From: Vairimorpha necatrix
Lineage: Eukaryota
Length of the DNA: 64,000 bases
NCBI GenBank assembly: GCA_036630325.1
Contig: CP142735.1
Span: forward strand, 806,001 to 870,000
Reading direction: 5' to 3'
Shown here: piece by piece, positions 23,412-35,146 of the stretch
How positions within the stretch are numbered: the stretch's first letter is position 1
Layout of the letters: each line of letters begins with the position of its first letter
The notes under the pieces: generated by a model
What the model saw: the letters and a program-made list of their open reading frames with translations, nothing else
What the model was told of the DNA's origin: nothing
Database searches by the model: none
Made by a program: the position numbers and the translations under genes

Positions 23412-26400
23412 TGTTACAGGATGATAATCTAGTTACAGAGATTATCCTGTAATTGCTTTACTGTAGATACTTCCCTAAAGTATCTACTGTAAAATATTTA
23501 CTATAAATAATAAATAAATATTTTACCCATCTAAAAATATTATGAAAAGGAAGGAGAAGCTTTATTTAACAAATGGCGACAACGAAGATGATAAGGAACC
23601 AGTAGAGAAACAAAAGACAAGGAATACAGTGGAGATGTTAGAAAAACAATTAGCTGCAATGAAGATCAACATCGGGGGTACATACAACTTCAGAAAATTT
23701 GATGGTAAAAGGACGGAAGCAGAAGAGTTCTTACTACAATTTAAACCATTTAGAGAATCTTGGACTGAAGAAGAATATTTTGGTTTTGTAGAAACTAATC
23801 TTACTGGAAAAGCCCGACTCTGGTTTGAAGGCTCAAGATATAATGTGTTTGAAAGTGTAGTCGAGTTTGAACAACATTTCTTAGAATACTTCAGTCCCGA
23901 AGAAGTTTCTGGCAACAGTAAATTGTTGAATATACTATTACATAAGAAGCTGAGAGAATGTAATAACGAGATATTATGGTTAGAAATTTACTCGATACAC
24001 AAAAACATTACTATACCACTAAAAGATGTTATTAATACGGTAGTTATGAATATACCAGTTGGGAATGCAAATCGATACAGGGATTGTAAGAGTTGGATGG
24101 CAGTTTTGAAATTGGCAGTTAAGATAGATTCTGAGAATGAGAGTAAAGAACAATCTAAGATGCAAATTAGCAAGAATAAATCGGAAGATGCGAGAAGTAG
24201 TTTTCAAAAGAAATTGATTAGCTGTTATAATTGCAAAGGTCAACATTATAGAAGTAATTGTCCAGAACTATTAAAGAACAAATCGAATAATAAAATACAA
24301 ACCAATACGGGCGACAGAAATGATTATAAGAAGTGTTCAGATAAGAAACTGATGACATTAACATGTAGTAGTAAAGCAGCCAATGTCCCTAGATTTTTGG
24401 TGAAAATTGGCGGAGGAAAAGTACCAGCACTACTAGACTATGGAGCTGACATTAATTATATTAGTTACGACCTGGTGAAGATGTTAAATATCCCAATAGA
24501 TATGGAAAATAGAATTTCGGTCAATTTAGCAACTAGAAAGGATAGCTCGGTAGGCATGTTAAAAGCGTTATTGCGTGATAAAAATAATCAGCACGCATAC
24601 GAAACAGAATTTGCGGTAATGGAAGATCTTAATGAAAATATACTCATCGGTAGCATAACAAGTAGACATTTAGGCATTAAAGTTCATTGGGAAGAAAATG
24701 AAATTGAAATCTTTAATGATGGAACAAGGCTCAAATTGGAAACAGAAGAGTACAGTTTAAAATCAGTAATAAGCGAGGAAATACCCATGGAAATAGAGGC
24801 ATTAGAATGCAAGTTTGGTGAACATGAAGAAGTCAATAAAAATATTAAGTGCTTACTGTATAAATATATGAAAGAATCCGATAATAAGAAAGCCCTACCT
24901 TTTAGACATGATATTAAACTTAAATATCACAGTAAAGCTATATGTTGTAAACCATATAGAAGAAATCCGCAACAGAATCTCATAATTAAGAATAAAATTG
25001 AAGAGATGTTACAGAATGGATTGATACGAGAGAGCACGAGTAATTATGTTTCCCCTGTAGTGCTTGCACCTAAAAAAGACGGAGGTATGAGAATGTGTAT
25101 TGACTATAGAAAGTTGAATGAAAACACAATCAGTACGCCATACCCGATCCCTCACATGGATGAAGCAATAGATGCTATCCAAGGGACAGATATGTACTCT
25201 ACTTTAGATTTGGAGATGGGTTACCATCAGATCGAAATGAACCCAAGAGATATTCATAAAACTGCATTTATTGTAAAGCAAGGTGTATATGAATGGACTA
25301 AGATGCCATTTGGCTTAGTCAATGCCCCTTTTACGTTTCAGAAGATTATGAATTGGATATTTAAAGATATACTTTGGAGGAAAGTAGTTGTATACCTTGA
25401 TGATATTTTAATATTCTCAAGAGGGAAAGACAAACATGTCGACGATGTGAGAGAAGTCCTGGAAATTTTGTCAAAATTTGGACTCAGACTTAACATGAAG
25501 AAATGTGCATTCGCAGTGAGTAAAATTGATTTTTTAGGACACACTGTAGAGAATGGAGAACTTAAAATTAAATCGGACCAATTGGATAAGGTTAACACCC
25601 TAGAAAATCCAAAGAACGTCAGCGACTTAAGAAAACTTTTAGGATTTATAGTATATTTTAAACGATTTATACCATCATATACCATGAAGGCTATGCCGTT
25701 ATTAAAAAGGTTAAAGAAAGGTAATTTTATATTTGGAGACGAAGAAGAAAAGGCTTTAGAGCTCCTGAAACAAGAAATATTAAATGCCAAACCTTTACTT
25801 TTACCAGATATGAATAAGACATTTTATTTATATACGGATGCCTCGGACATTGGAATTGCGGGAGTACTTACACAATTTACAGATACGGGAAAAGAAATGC
25901 CTATAACCTGGATAAGTAGAACGCTAAATAGCGCCGAAATTAATTACACTACAACTGAGAAAGAGTGTTTAGCTATTGTATGGTCTATTGAAAAACTTAA
26001 AGTATATTTGTCTAACAATTTTATCATCAGGACAGATCATAGTTCCTTAATATGGTTAATGAAACAGAAAACACCTATAGGAAGATTGGCAAGATGGATA
26101 ATGAAACTGCAAAACTATAAATATGAAATCGAACATATAAAAGGTTCAGATAACGTTTTGGCTGATGTACTTTCACGTGGTGTATTAGAAAATAGCCAAT
26201 TAAGAAAGTGTCAAACAGTGGTTAAAAATGAAGAAAGAATAAATGTTGAAGAAGACAATGAAACAATAACAAAACTGATACAGAGAGCACACTTAGAGCT
26301 TGGCCATGGAGGTATAGATTCTACTATAATGTACATCAGAAATATTGCGAGTGTACCAAATATAAGAAACAGAGTAGTTGAATACATTCGTAACTGTGAA

Positions 26401-27479
26401 ACTTGTAGAAGATTTAGAGACAAGACGTTGCAAAATAATATTAGACGTGTGGAAATAAAAAGTCCGTTCTATATGATTGGGTTGGATATAGTTGGTCCTT
26501 TACCCACAACAGACGGTGGAAATAAATTTATTCTGGTAGGAACAGACTACCTAACTAAATGGGCAGAAGTGAGAGCTTTAAAAAGAAAAGATGCGGAATC
26601 TGTGGCGAAATTTATTTATGAAGAATTTTTATTGAGACATGGACCTCCGGAAGTAATCTTGACTGATCAAGGACTTGAGTTTAACAATAAAATCATAAAG
26701 AAACTGTGTTTAATGATAAATACTAGAAAGTCGTTTACAAGCGCCTACCATCCAAGATGTAATGGACAAACGGAGAGACTAAACCGTACCCTTATTGCAA
26801 GGTTGGCTAAGATATGCAATGGAAGATGGTCAGAGTGGGATATGTTCCTACCAATCGCGCTATACGCATATAGGATAACACCACTAATAAAATTCAAGAG
26901 TAGTCCTTTTAGATTGTTATATGGGAGAGAGCCTAAGGATATAACTACGGAGAAAGAAGATGGTGGAGCAGTATTTATAGAAGAAAATGATACACTTAAG
27001 AAGATCGATTTGTTACGGAAAAAGTTACACGAAAAGGTTATAGAAGATAGAAATAGAGACATACAACGCGCGAATGATAGAGTTAAAGGCAAAAATATTC
27101 AAGTAGGAGATGCGGTTATGAAGAAAAAGGAACCATTTGAAAAACTGAATAAGCTTGATGATAAATGGACAGGACCTTATCTGGTAAGAAGAAAATTTGA
27201 CTCTGGTGGTTTTGAGATCGAGGACATGTATGGAAAACTATTTCGGTATAATGAAAAAGACTTACAACTAATTGAGAATTCAGATCCCACGGATTGGGAG
27301 AGTTTAAAGAAAGGGAGTATGTTACAGGATGATAATCTAGTTACAGAGATTATCCTGTAATTGCTTTACTGTAGATACTTCCCTAAAGTATCTACTGTAA
27401 AATATTTACTATAAATAATAAATAAATATTTTACCCATCTAAAAATATTATGAAAAGGAAGGAGAAGCTTTATTTAACA
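23412..27479 (+). mobile_element. Ty3/gypsy LTR retrotransposon B (4068 bp, identical 160-bp LTRs)
   Basis: LTRs at 23412-23571 and 27320-27479 (TGTTA...TAACA). TSD AAGTT, PBS TGGCGACAACG after a 2-nt spacer, PPT AAAGAAAGGGAG. Confidence 0.97.
23542..27360 (+). CDS. Single-ORF Gag-Pol polyprotein of element B
   Basis: Zinc knuckle CYNCKGQHYRSNC, protease LLDYGA (atypical), YLDD, RNase H, integrase HHCC/DDE/GPY. The ORF starts in the 5' LTR and stops in the 3' LTR. Confidence 0.95.
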   Translation: MKRKEKLYLTNGDNEDDKEPVEKQKTRNTVEMLEKQLAAMKINIGGTYNFRKFDGKRTEAEEFLLQFKPFRESWTEEEYFGFVETNLTGKARLWFEGSRYNVFESVVEFEQHFLEYFSPEEVSGNSKLLNILLHKKLRECNNEILWLEIYSIHKNITIPLKDVINTVVMNIPVGNANRYRDCKSWMAVLKLAVKIDSENESKEQSKMQISKNKSEDARSSFQKKLISCYNCKGQHYRSNCPELLKNKSNNKIQTNTGDRNDYKKCSDKKLMTLTCSSKAANVPRFLVKIGGGKVPALLDYGADINYISYDLVKMLNIPIDMENRISVNLATRKDSSVGMLKALLRDKNNQHAYETEFAVMEDLNENILIGSITSRHLGIKVHWEENEIEIFNDGTRLKLETEEYSLKSVISEEIPMEIEALECKFGEHEEVNKNIKCLLYKYMKESDNKKALPFRHDIKLKYHSKAICCKPYRRNPQQNLIIKNKIEEMLQNGLIRESTSNYVSPVVLAPKKDGGMRMCIDYRKLNENTISTPYPIPHMDEAIDAIQGTDMYSTLDLEMGYHQIEMNPRDIHKTAFIVKQGVYEWTKMPFGLVNAPFTFQKIMNWIFKDILWRKVVVYLDDILIFSRGKDKHVDDVREVLEILSKFGLRLNMKKCAFAVSKIDFLGHTVENGELKIKSDQLDKVNTLENPKNVSDLRKLLGFIVYFKRFIPSYTMKAMPLLKRLKKGNFIFGDEEEKALELLKQEILNAKPLLLPDMNKTFYLYTDASDIGIAGVLTQFTDTGKEMPITWISRTLNSAEINYTTTEKECLAIVWSIEKLKVYLSNNFIIRTDHSSLIWLMKQKTPIGRLARWIMKLQNYKYEIEHIKGSDNVLADVLSRGVLENSQLRKCQTVVKNEERINVEEDNETITKLIQRAHLELGHGGIDSTIMYIRNIASVPNIRNRVVEYIRNCETCRRFRDKTLQNNIRRVEIKSPFYMIGLDIVGPLPTTDGGNKFILVGTDYLTKWAEVRALKRKDAESVAKFIYEEFLLRHGPPEVILTDQGLEFNNKIIKKLCLMINTRKSFTSAYHPRCNGQTERLNRTLIARLAKICNGRWSEWDMFLPIALYAYRITPLIKFKSSPFRLLYGREPKDITTEKEDGGAVFIEENDTLKKIDLLRKKLHEKVIEDRNRDIQRANDRVKGKNIQVGDAVMKKKEPFEKLNKLDDKWTGPYLVRRKFDSGGFEIEDMYGKLFRYNEKDLQLIENSDPTDWESLKKGSMLQDDNLVTEIIL

Positions 27480-27845
27480 AAGTTCAAAACACTTTTGAAT
27501 TTAAATGAGATAACTTCTAAATGTTTTTAAGTTTAATTTTACACCTTTTTCAAAATTAATATCGGTGAAAATTTTTGCAATTTTTCGCCGAAGTTTTAAA
27601 AAAATTATAAAAAACGATTCTGACGATATTTTGAAACTGAGTTTTACAAAAAGAATAATTATTCAAAAAAGTGCTAACATAAAGTATACGCATCTACAAT
27701 CATCAAATTGACAATTTAATCTATAAACGATACTTTAATAACATAAAAAGCCAAATTATATAGTGAGAAATTTTCAAAAAAATAAAAAAAATGGGGTTAA
27801 AAATTTAATAAAATTCTTTTATATACGCTAATTAAATAATGTTTT

Positions 27846-27970
27846 TATGTTACAAAAATTTTCTATTAATTTTAAAAATAATATTTTCTATAAATTTTAA
27901 AAAATAATATTTTCTATGTTAAAAAATTTTCTATTAATTTTAAAAATAATATTTTCTATGTTAAAAAATT
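27846..27970. repeat. AT-rich local tandem repeats
   Basis: Recurrent TATGTTA-AAAATTTTCTATTAATTTTAAAAATAATATTTTC units. Confidence 0.6.
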
Positions 27971-28082
27971 ATATTTGTTTTTGTAAGCTTATTTTTAATA
28001 AAATTTTATAAAATAAAAATTTTTACGAAAAAATTTAATTTATTTTGTAGTAAAAAATTTCAAGATATTTTCAGATATTTAT

Positions 28083-28754
28083 TTAGAAACTATGATGATC
28101 GATCATAAACATTGAAACAATAAACATCATAGCTGTTCTACTATAATAATCCAAAGATTCAGAGCACTTTCTATTATGAGTAATAAACATCCTACTAATA
28201 AACTGTAAGAAGAATATAGTGCTGAATGTCATAAGTATCTCGCTATTATTAGTAAATATAAGCATCCCAAAAGCTATTAACTTCCCAATATCATCTCTAG
28301 TTATTTTTATGTTTTTTACGTAATTGAAGAGTTTAGTCCAACTAAACATATCATTTTTCTTTTTTATTAACATGACTTTGCCATTATGAAAATATAACTG
28401 ACTAGTTTTTACAATCATAACTTTTTTAGATCCATTTATTCTTATTTTTGTGTATTGTTTATTTACCTTTTTTATTTCCTTTATTTTATTAGTACTAATT
28501 TCATTTGTATTAATTTCTTCTACAATATCCTCTATCGTGTCATTGTTGATGTCAAATGTCAAACATAACGTCTCAAATTTGGATAAATCTACACTTTCGT
28601 CTAGTAAAAAGCCATTGTTATACACAGATATAATTTTATTTTTTATTTGTAGATTGGACTTGAGATATTGCTTTATATCTTCAATAGTAAGTATATTCTT
28701 CTTTTCGGTGTAAAATTTATATTTACCATCTCTGGAAGTAATTTCTAATTTCAT
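28083..28754 (-). CDS. Hypothetical protein: ubiquitin-like N-terminus plus C-terminal transmembrane segments
   Basis: MKLEIT...TIEDIKQYL...NNGFLLDE resembles a ubiquitin-like fold; hydrophobic C-terminus; ACCCCATTATG start context. Confidence 0.6.
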   Translation of the reverse strand: MKLEITSRDGKYKFYTEKKNILTIEDIKQYLKSNLQIKNKIISVYNNGFLLDESVDLSKFETLCLTFDINNDTIEDIVEEINTNEISTNKIKEIKKVNKQYTKIRINGSKKVMIVKTSQLYFHNGKVMLIKKKNDMFSWTKLFNYVKNIKITRDDIGKLIAFGMLIFTNNSEILMTFSTIFFLQFISRMFITHNRKCSESLDYYSRTAMMFIVSMFMIDHHSF

Positions 28755-29520
28755 AATGGGGTATTAAAAAAAATATTTATAAAATAAATTAAAAAAGGGG
28801 AGGGAAGCAATATTATTGGTTAAAAAAAATTAAATTACAAAAAATAAAGACAAATACGCAAATGGTAATTTTGGGAAGTCAAAAATCTTGATATGTTTGA
28901 TTTATTGGTAAACAAACAAAATGTATAAAAAACAAAAATAAAGTTGTTAATTGTAAGCTAAGATGCTGAGTATCCTGGGTAATGTTGTATCATAAATTTG
29001 TACATTATTTATTTGTTTACTAAAAAGGGGAAATGGATTAAATTCACAAATTATTTATAAAAAAAAACAAAGTCATATTAAATATTAATATTTAAATTCT
29101 TTAATTATAGTTAAAATAGACAAATTAAATGAATTAATACATATAGAATATTCTATGTTTATAGGTGTATAGTATCTAATCATTCCTTATATGATTGGAT
29201 CTTTTTTTTTCTAACCTAAGATTTGGAGTTCAAAAAAGTAGGAGCCGTAGGATCACAAAAAGATATTTCTAAATATTAAAAATAAAATTTGTAGGTGGGC
29301 TACACACGTCACTGCTTTGATCTATTTGACTTTTTTTTTAATATTATATAATACATAAAACCCTTTTTTTCATTTCAATACAATTTATATATTTTTACAC
29401 AAAATCAAATTTAAAATAATCTTATTGTTATTTTTCTAAACATTAAGTATCTATTGATTCATTAAAGTTTGTTTATTATTTATAATGTTTTGTTTAACAC
29501 ACGATTAAATAGAAAAATTA

Positions 29521-30836
29521 GGAGCTTTTTCACTTTATGCCCCCCCCCCTACATATATAAATATAAATTTTTAAAAAATATCCCTTTTTTTAGAAAATCA
29601 AAATGGAAAAAAAAAGGAGGAGAAAAAAAAAATTAAAAAAAGTACATAAAAATAATCTAATATACAAAAATAAATAGATGAATCATATCAATTTTATTAT
29701 ACAAATATAAATTTAACTCTATATGTCATCATACGGTCCAAATTTTTTACTTACTATTTTAATTATCATAAATAATAATAAGTAATGAAACCATACAATA
29801 AATTCATTTATTTGAACTTATTACAACGATATATAAATTAAAATGACGATGTAGTTCTCTTTGTAGCAATTTTAAAAAATTTAATTTTAGTGCCCCATTT
29901 TTATGCTTACTAACGAAGAAATAAATAAAACATACGAAGAAATTATTTATAAACTTCTTCAAGTAAAATGTTTCAAATGCGGGAAAGAAGTTAGGAGGAG
30001 ACAGCAAAGGGGCTACAATGTCAGATGCATTGGTAAAAAGTGCAAAAAAAGAGAGGAGCCTTTTTGCAAATACCATATTTGCAAAAACCCATTTGGATCA
30101 TATACTTATGTTAAAGATCCTGAACCTCTGGCTCACAAAAATCCCCCCTCTACTAATCGCCAAGTTGTTATATATTTCCCCATGTGTTGTATCGAGGTGC
30201 CTAAAACAGTTTTGTTTGGACGAGGCTTACCATAAATCATGGAAAGTGCAAGAGAGACACTGGGCGGTAAGGATACAATCGTAGAAGTAGACGAAAGCAA
30301 ATTTGGAAAACGTAAATACAACATTGGACACAAAGTAGACGGTGTGTGGGTTTTGGGGATGGTCGAACGGACTAAAGAAAGAAAAATTTTGTTAATTCCT
30401 GTACCTAATAGAACTAAAAATATCCTATTAAATCTTATTGCTACATTTATTAATAATCAATCTACTGTTTATTCTGATATGTGGAAAGGATATTCAAAAA
30501 TGAACCAGATAATGGCAAGCCACATAACTGTTAACCATAGCAAATGGTTTAAAGATCCCATTACGGGTGTGCACACTAACACCATAGAAGGGAATTGGTC
30601 AGCTATAAAACGCCAAACGCCGATAAGATGTAGAACTACTTGTTTAATATATCCCTATTTGTTAAGATTTATGTTGCTTAGAAACTTTAAAGACAATTAT
30701 TTTGATGTTTTAATAAATTTATTATTTTAAGTATTTCTCCTCCTTTTTTTATATTTTGATTTTCTAAAAAAAGGGATATTTTTTAAAAATTTGTATTTAT
30801 ATATGTAGGGGGGGGGGCATAAAGTGAAAATTGGCC
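29521..30836 (+). mobile_element. Merlin DNA transposon, second family
   Basis: About 105-bp imperfect TIRs (GG....TTTTCACTTTATGCCCC). 8-bp TSD AAAAATTA at 29513-29520 and 30837-30844. Confidence 0.9.
29903..30730 (+). pseudogene. Merlin transposase with two frameshifts (near 30050 and 30237)
   Basis: Three overlapping ORF pieces join to give CFKC...CIGKKC, EVDESKFGKRK, YSDMW and HTNTIEGNW. Confidence 0.88.
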
Positions 30837-32911
30837 AAAAATTACTCTAAAATAAGTATATACTACAAAAATACACTTTAACGTGTTAAAATCAAACATA
30901 TTTTTTTTCATTCTATAATTGTTATGAGTACAAAAAAATCTCATAATTAATTATGCCATTTAGTCCTTAAGAAATGATTCGGTAAAATATAACGAAAAAA
31001 TTAAAATTTTGTTTGCAAACATGTAATATTAGATGTTCTTGTTGTACGCAAAACTGTTATTAGAAAACAGGGGTTTATTTATTTCGGCATTTATAGTCCA
31101 AATGTCACATGTAAATATCTTGTGTCGAATGTCATTTGATAAATAATTGGATAAAATTTGCCAGGTTATACTTTCAACAATTCTTAATGATAAATGTAAA
31201 AAGTATTTTTGTCTCCTGCTTGCTCCTTTTTTTTATTTTATTTTTTTTCTGGGGTAATAAAATACTTGAACGACCCAAAGGAGAGGTCTAATAATGCCCT
31301 CTTTTATTATTAAAAGTTTCAAGTGACATTGAAATAATATTATAATTCAATATAATTCTTATTAATAATTAGTTTTAAACAGAATTGACCATGCAACCTC
31401 GAACGAAAAATATGTAGAAACATGTCTATCTCATAATTTCGACAAATTTAATTGTCCGATTTATTAATGACGCAAGATCTTGAACAATTACTTTATCTTT
31501 TTTGTATCTTTTATACTTATTTCAGAGCTTTAAATTTGCAAATTTGTATCGTTTTAAAGCTTTTCGTATATCAAGAAAGCATATATTTGTTTTAGGGCCG
31601 CTATGGGGACTTATTACTGTTTTTATAATCTATAAAGCTATATCAAATATTCTATTTTCAAATTTCTTTTATATCTAATCACTCTCTCTACAATGTTCAT
31701 CCATTTGGTTTTTCTTAATTCAAAACTAAATTTGTTGTTTTTTTGTAGGCAGATACATTTATACGGACCTAAAATTTTTTTTAAAAATAGATTATAATCT
31801 TTTTACATCTTTCATAGAAATATATACTATTTTGATTTTATCGGATAATAAAATTAAACTCCAAATTTTATAATTTGTTATAGAAATCGGATTATTAAAA
31901 TTTGATTTACAAAAATTAAGTTTAAAACCGAATAATATAAAAAATTACATATATGTCGGAATTAAAGAAGAAAGCATCATTATATATAGTTTTATGGCAT
32001 CTATAATGTCCAACAGTGAAATACTACAAATGCAAAATATGTTATTAAATCTTTGATATTTTTATTCTTATTATAACAAACTTTTTGAACATTTTTTGAT
32101 CTATATTAATAATATCAATAGACTATGTACTATTTTGAAACCTTTATGATTCTAAAGTTATACTCTAGTATAGTTAATTATCGTTTATGGTTTTAGAACA
32201 ACAAAGAATTAAAGCACTCATGACGTATTTAGTGTTCTTTTATATTTCTCCTCATTTAAAGGAGAAATATCTAGAGTAAACTATTATTATAGCTTGTTTC
32301 TCTCTCTTTACTCAGAATTGGTTAATGCATATACTAAGTTACAATAATTGTATAGATTGATTACTCTTACGAATAAATCGAGAAATACAAATACAAACGA
32401 TCCAATCAATTTATACCGCGTAAGTGTGTTAATAAACAAACATAAAATAGATTTATATTGCGCTAATGTTTACGTGATTTTTCATTTTTTCATAAAAATT
32501 ATAAAATTAACTTATATTAAGACAACACATTAAACTATTTTTCTGAGAAAATTACTCATAATGTATTAAATCTTAAACATTACAATTAAATATAGATAAA
32601 TACAAAATATGTCGCAACCAACTTTAAATTAGAGCAATCCCCATGTGCAAATCATTCTTCAAAAGTATTATTAACATAGTAGACAACATTATATAAACAT
32701 TAAGATCTAAAACTCTGTTTTTATGACATAAATTAATGATACACTTTATATTTTGTTCATAATATTCTTTTTATTGAAATGACTTAACTATATATATAAA
32801 TATAGATAATCGAAGCAAAAAATATAATGAGCAACGAAAATAAAGTAATTCAATATATGATTTTATGACTAGTCACATTAAAAATATAAATAAATGGACT
32901 ATAATCCCCTT

Positions 32912-33115
32912 ATGTATATATTATTATTACTCAGTATTTGTGTAGAAACAACAAATGAAAGTGAAAAATCCAAAACAAATCATGAAAAAAGTGTTAATAA
33001 AAAAAAGAAGGTTCTTTATTATAATGAAGAAAAGTGCAGAAAATACGTTGATGAGTATTTTGATTTTTTAAATAAGTATAATTCAGAGGAATCAAAATCA
33101 TCTAAAAATAAATAA
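32912..33115 (+). CDS. Small, possibly secreted protein or truncated gene
   Basis: CCCCTTATG start, short hydrophobic N-terminus MYILLLLSICV, charged remainder. Confidence 0.4.
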   Translation: MYILLLLSICVETTNESEKSKTNHEKSVNKKKKVLYYNEEKCRKYVDEYFDFLNKYNSEESKSSKNK

Positions 33116-35146
33116 TATTTTTAATGAATTTTCAAATGTTCATAACAATTAAATGTTTTTGGTTAATTTTTATATAATTTCATCAAGTTATTAAGGAATA
33201 AAAAACATATTCATTTAGATAAATAATTAATTTTAAAGCAATTTGAGCTAGGTAAGATAAACATTTATTAAATTTTATACAAGATAAATACCGTTTAAAT
33301 TAATTAAAATATTATTTACACTCGTGTTAAATAGCTCTATTTGTGAAAATGCTAAGTCTAAGTTCTTATAATTCATTTTCCACTTAGATCTACCATTTAT
33401 AGCCATATCTAATATCAACAAAATTATTGATCTTAGATCTCATATGAATAAATTTAACAAATCCACTTATTATAGCTTAAAAAACATTATATAATGTAAC
33501 ATATACACATACTGTTATTTATATCATTCTAGATTATAATCAAAGCATAACGTAGTTATAGCTGTATTTTTGTAAAGTTAAGCATCGAAATTTAATACAA
33601 GCAATATTTATAAAAGCCAAAAAAATGTTTGTTTAGTGCATGTTATTTATACATGCAATTGTTTTTTAAGCTCAAAGCTTAAGTATTGAAGCTTAAACCG
33701 TTTCTGTATTTTGTTTTTATGTTATTTTAGAACATTTATCATTAAAGAGATTCAACTCAATATCTCATATTTACGGCAAATAATTAAAAGTCTTAGTAAA
33801 TATAGTATTAATCATATTACCTTTTAACATACAAATAGCGCCTTAAAAAAATTGAACGTATAAAGATTCCTTGCTATACTTAAAATGAAAACCTAGTACT
33901 AATTTTTGGAACACTTACAGCAATATTATGATTAAAAATAGGACAAACAATGTTTACATAAAAAAAAATTTTTTATATCGGATTTTCTTTATTTTGTTAC
34001 ATAATTTCAAAAAAAGTATATTTTATTATTTACATGTTTTTTATGCTAAAATTTTCAATATATTCATGTTTTTTTATTACTCAAGATCATAAAAATAATC
34101 AATAAAACAAGGATAAATACTTACATCTTATGCAATATAAAAATATTAAACCACAAACACATATTTAACATTGCAGCTGTCAAAATTGCATTTAAAATTT
34201 GATGAGGTTTAATTTATGTTGTTAAATTTTTTCAAAGTATACAAAAAGAAATTTCATAAAATTAATTAGATTTAAGATGGAATTTTATATATGCTGATTA
34301 AACGTATGAAATAAATGTTATTAAGATAAAGGAAATCCAACATCATTAAGGATTGTTTGAAAAAAGTTAAAGAAATTGCAAAGAACTTTCCATATTTAGC
34401 TGGTTAAAAGACACATTCCATTAATAATATATATATAAACACCCTAATTAGATAAAATATGAGTTTTTAAAAATTCGCATAGTTTCTTATTTCAAATCAA
34501 TTTCATTTTTCCTATAATTGTTATATTTCACATAATTTGTTTTAGATATATTATAACAATATATTCCAATTTTTTACGCATATATTATTAAGTTTACGTA
34601 ATGCATAGTTGTCTTAATTAATCTAACTAATAAAATATCGTGTGTCTATTCTTATAAAATCAATATATAAGATCTTTTACAACAAACTCTACTCAGGCAT
34701 TATATTGTAAAATATTCACATTTTAATTAAGCGATCTCTATTACGTTACAGATATAGAGATTTTGACAATAGTGTCTCTCCAAGTTTAATTAAGCAAATT
34801 TTAAATTGTATGCAGCAAATTATATAGTATGAAAAACGGCAAGAATAAAAGCAGATGCTATCTTCCTATTCGGGGGGGGCCGACTAAAAATATATACTTC
34901 ATGCAGAGATCACAAAAGATTGTTGCTTAAACTATCGAAACACCTAAGAAAAGGACTAATCACTTAATATATCTCAAAATATGTGTCAATATAGAATATT
35001 ATAAAACAACATGAATAAACAAAATTTTTTCATTGTAAGAAATATTTATCGTTTTTAAAAATGTGAGCACTTAAGTACAGTGGTTGATGCTGGGAGAATA
35101 TAAGTATACACTTTTTAATGTTGGATATTTTAAAAATTATCATTTA

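Noticed and set aside
34726-34740. TTAAGCGATCTCT shared with the flank of element A (near 16475) as a target motif
   Set aside because: A single 13-nt match, absent from the other three insertion sites.
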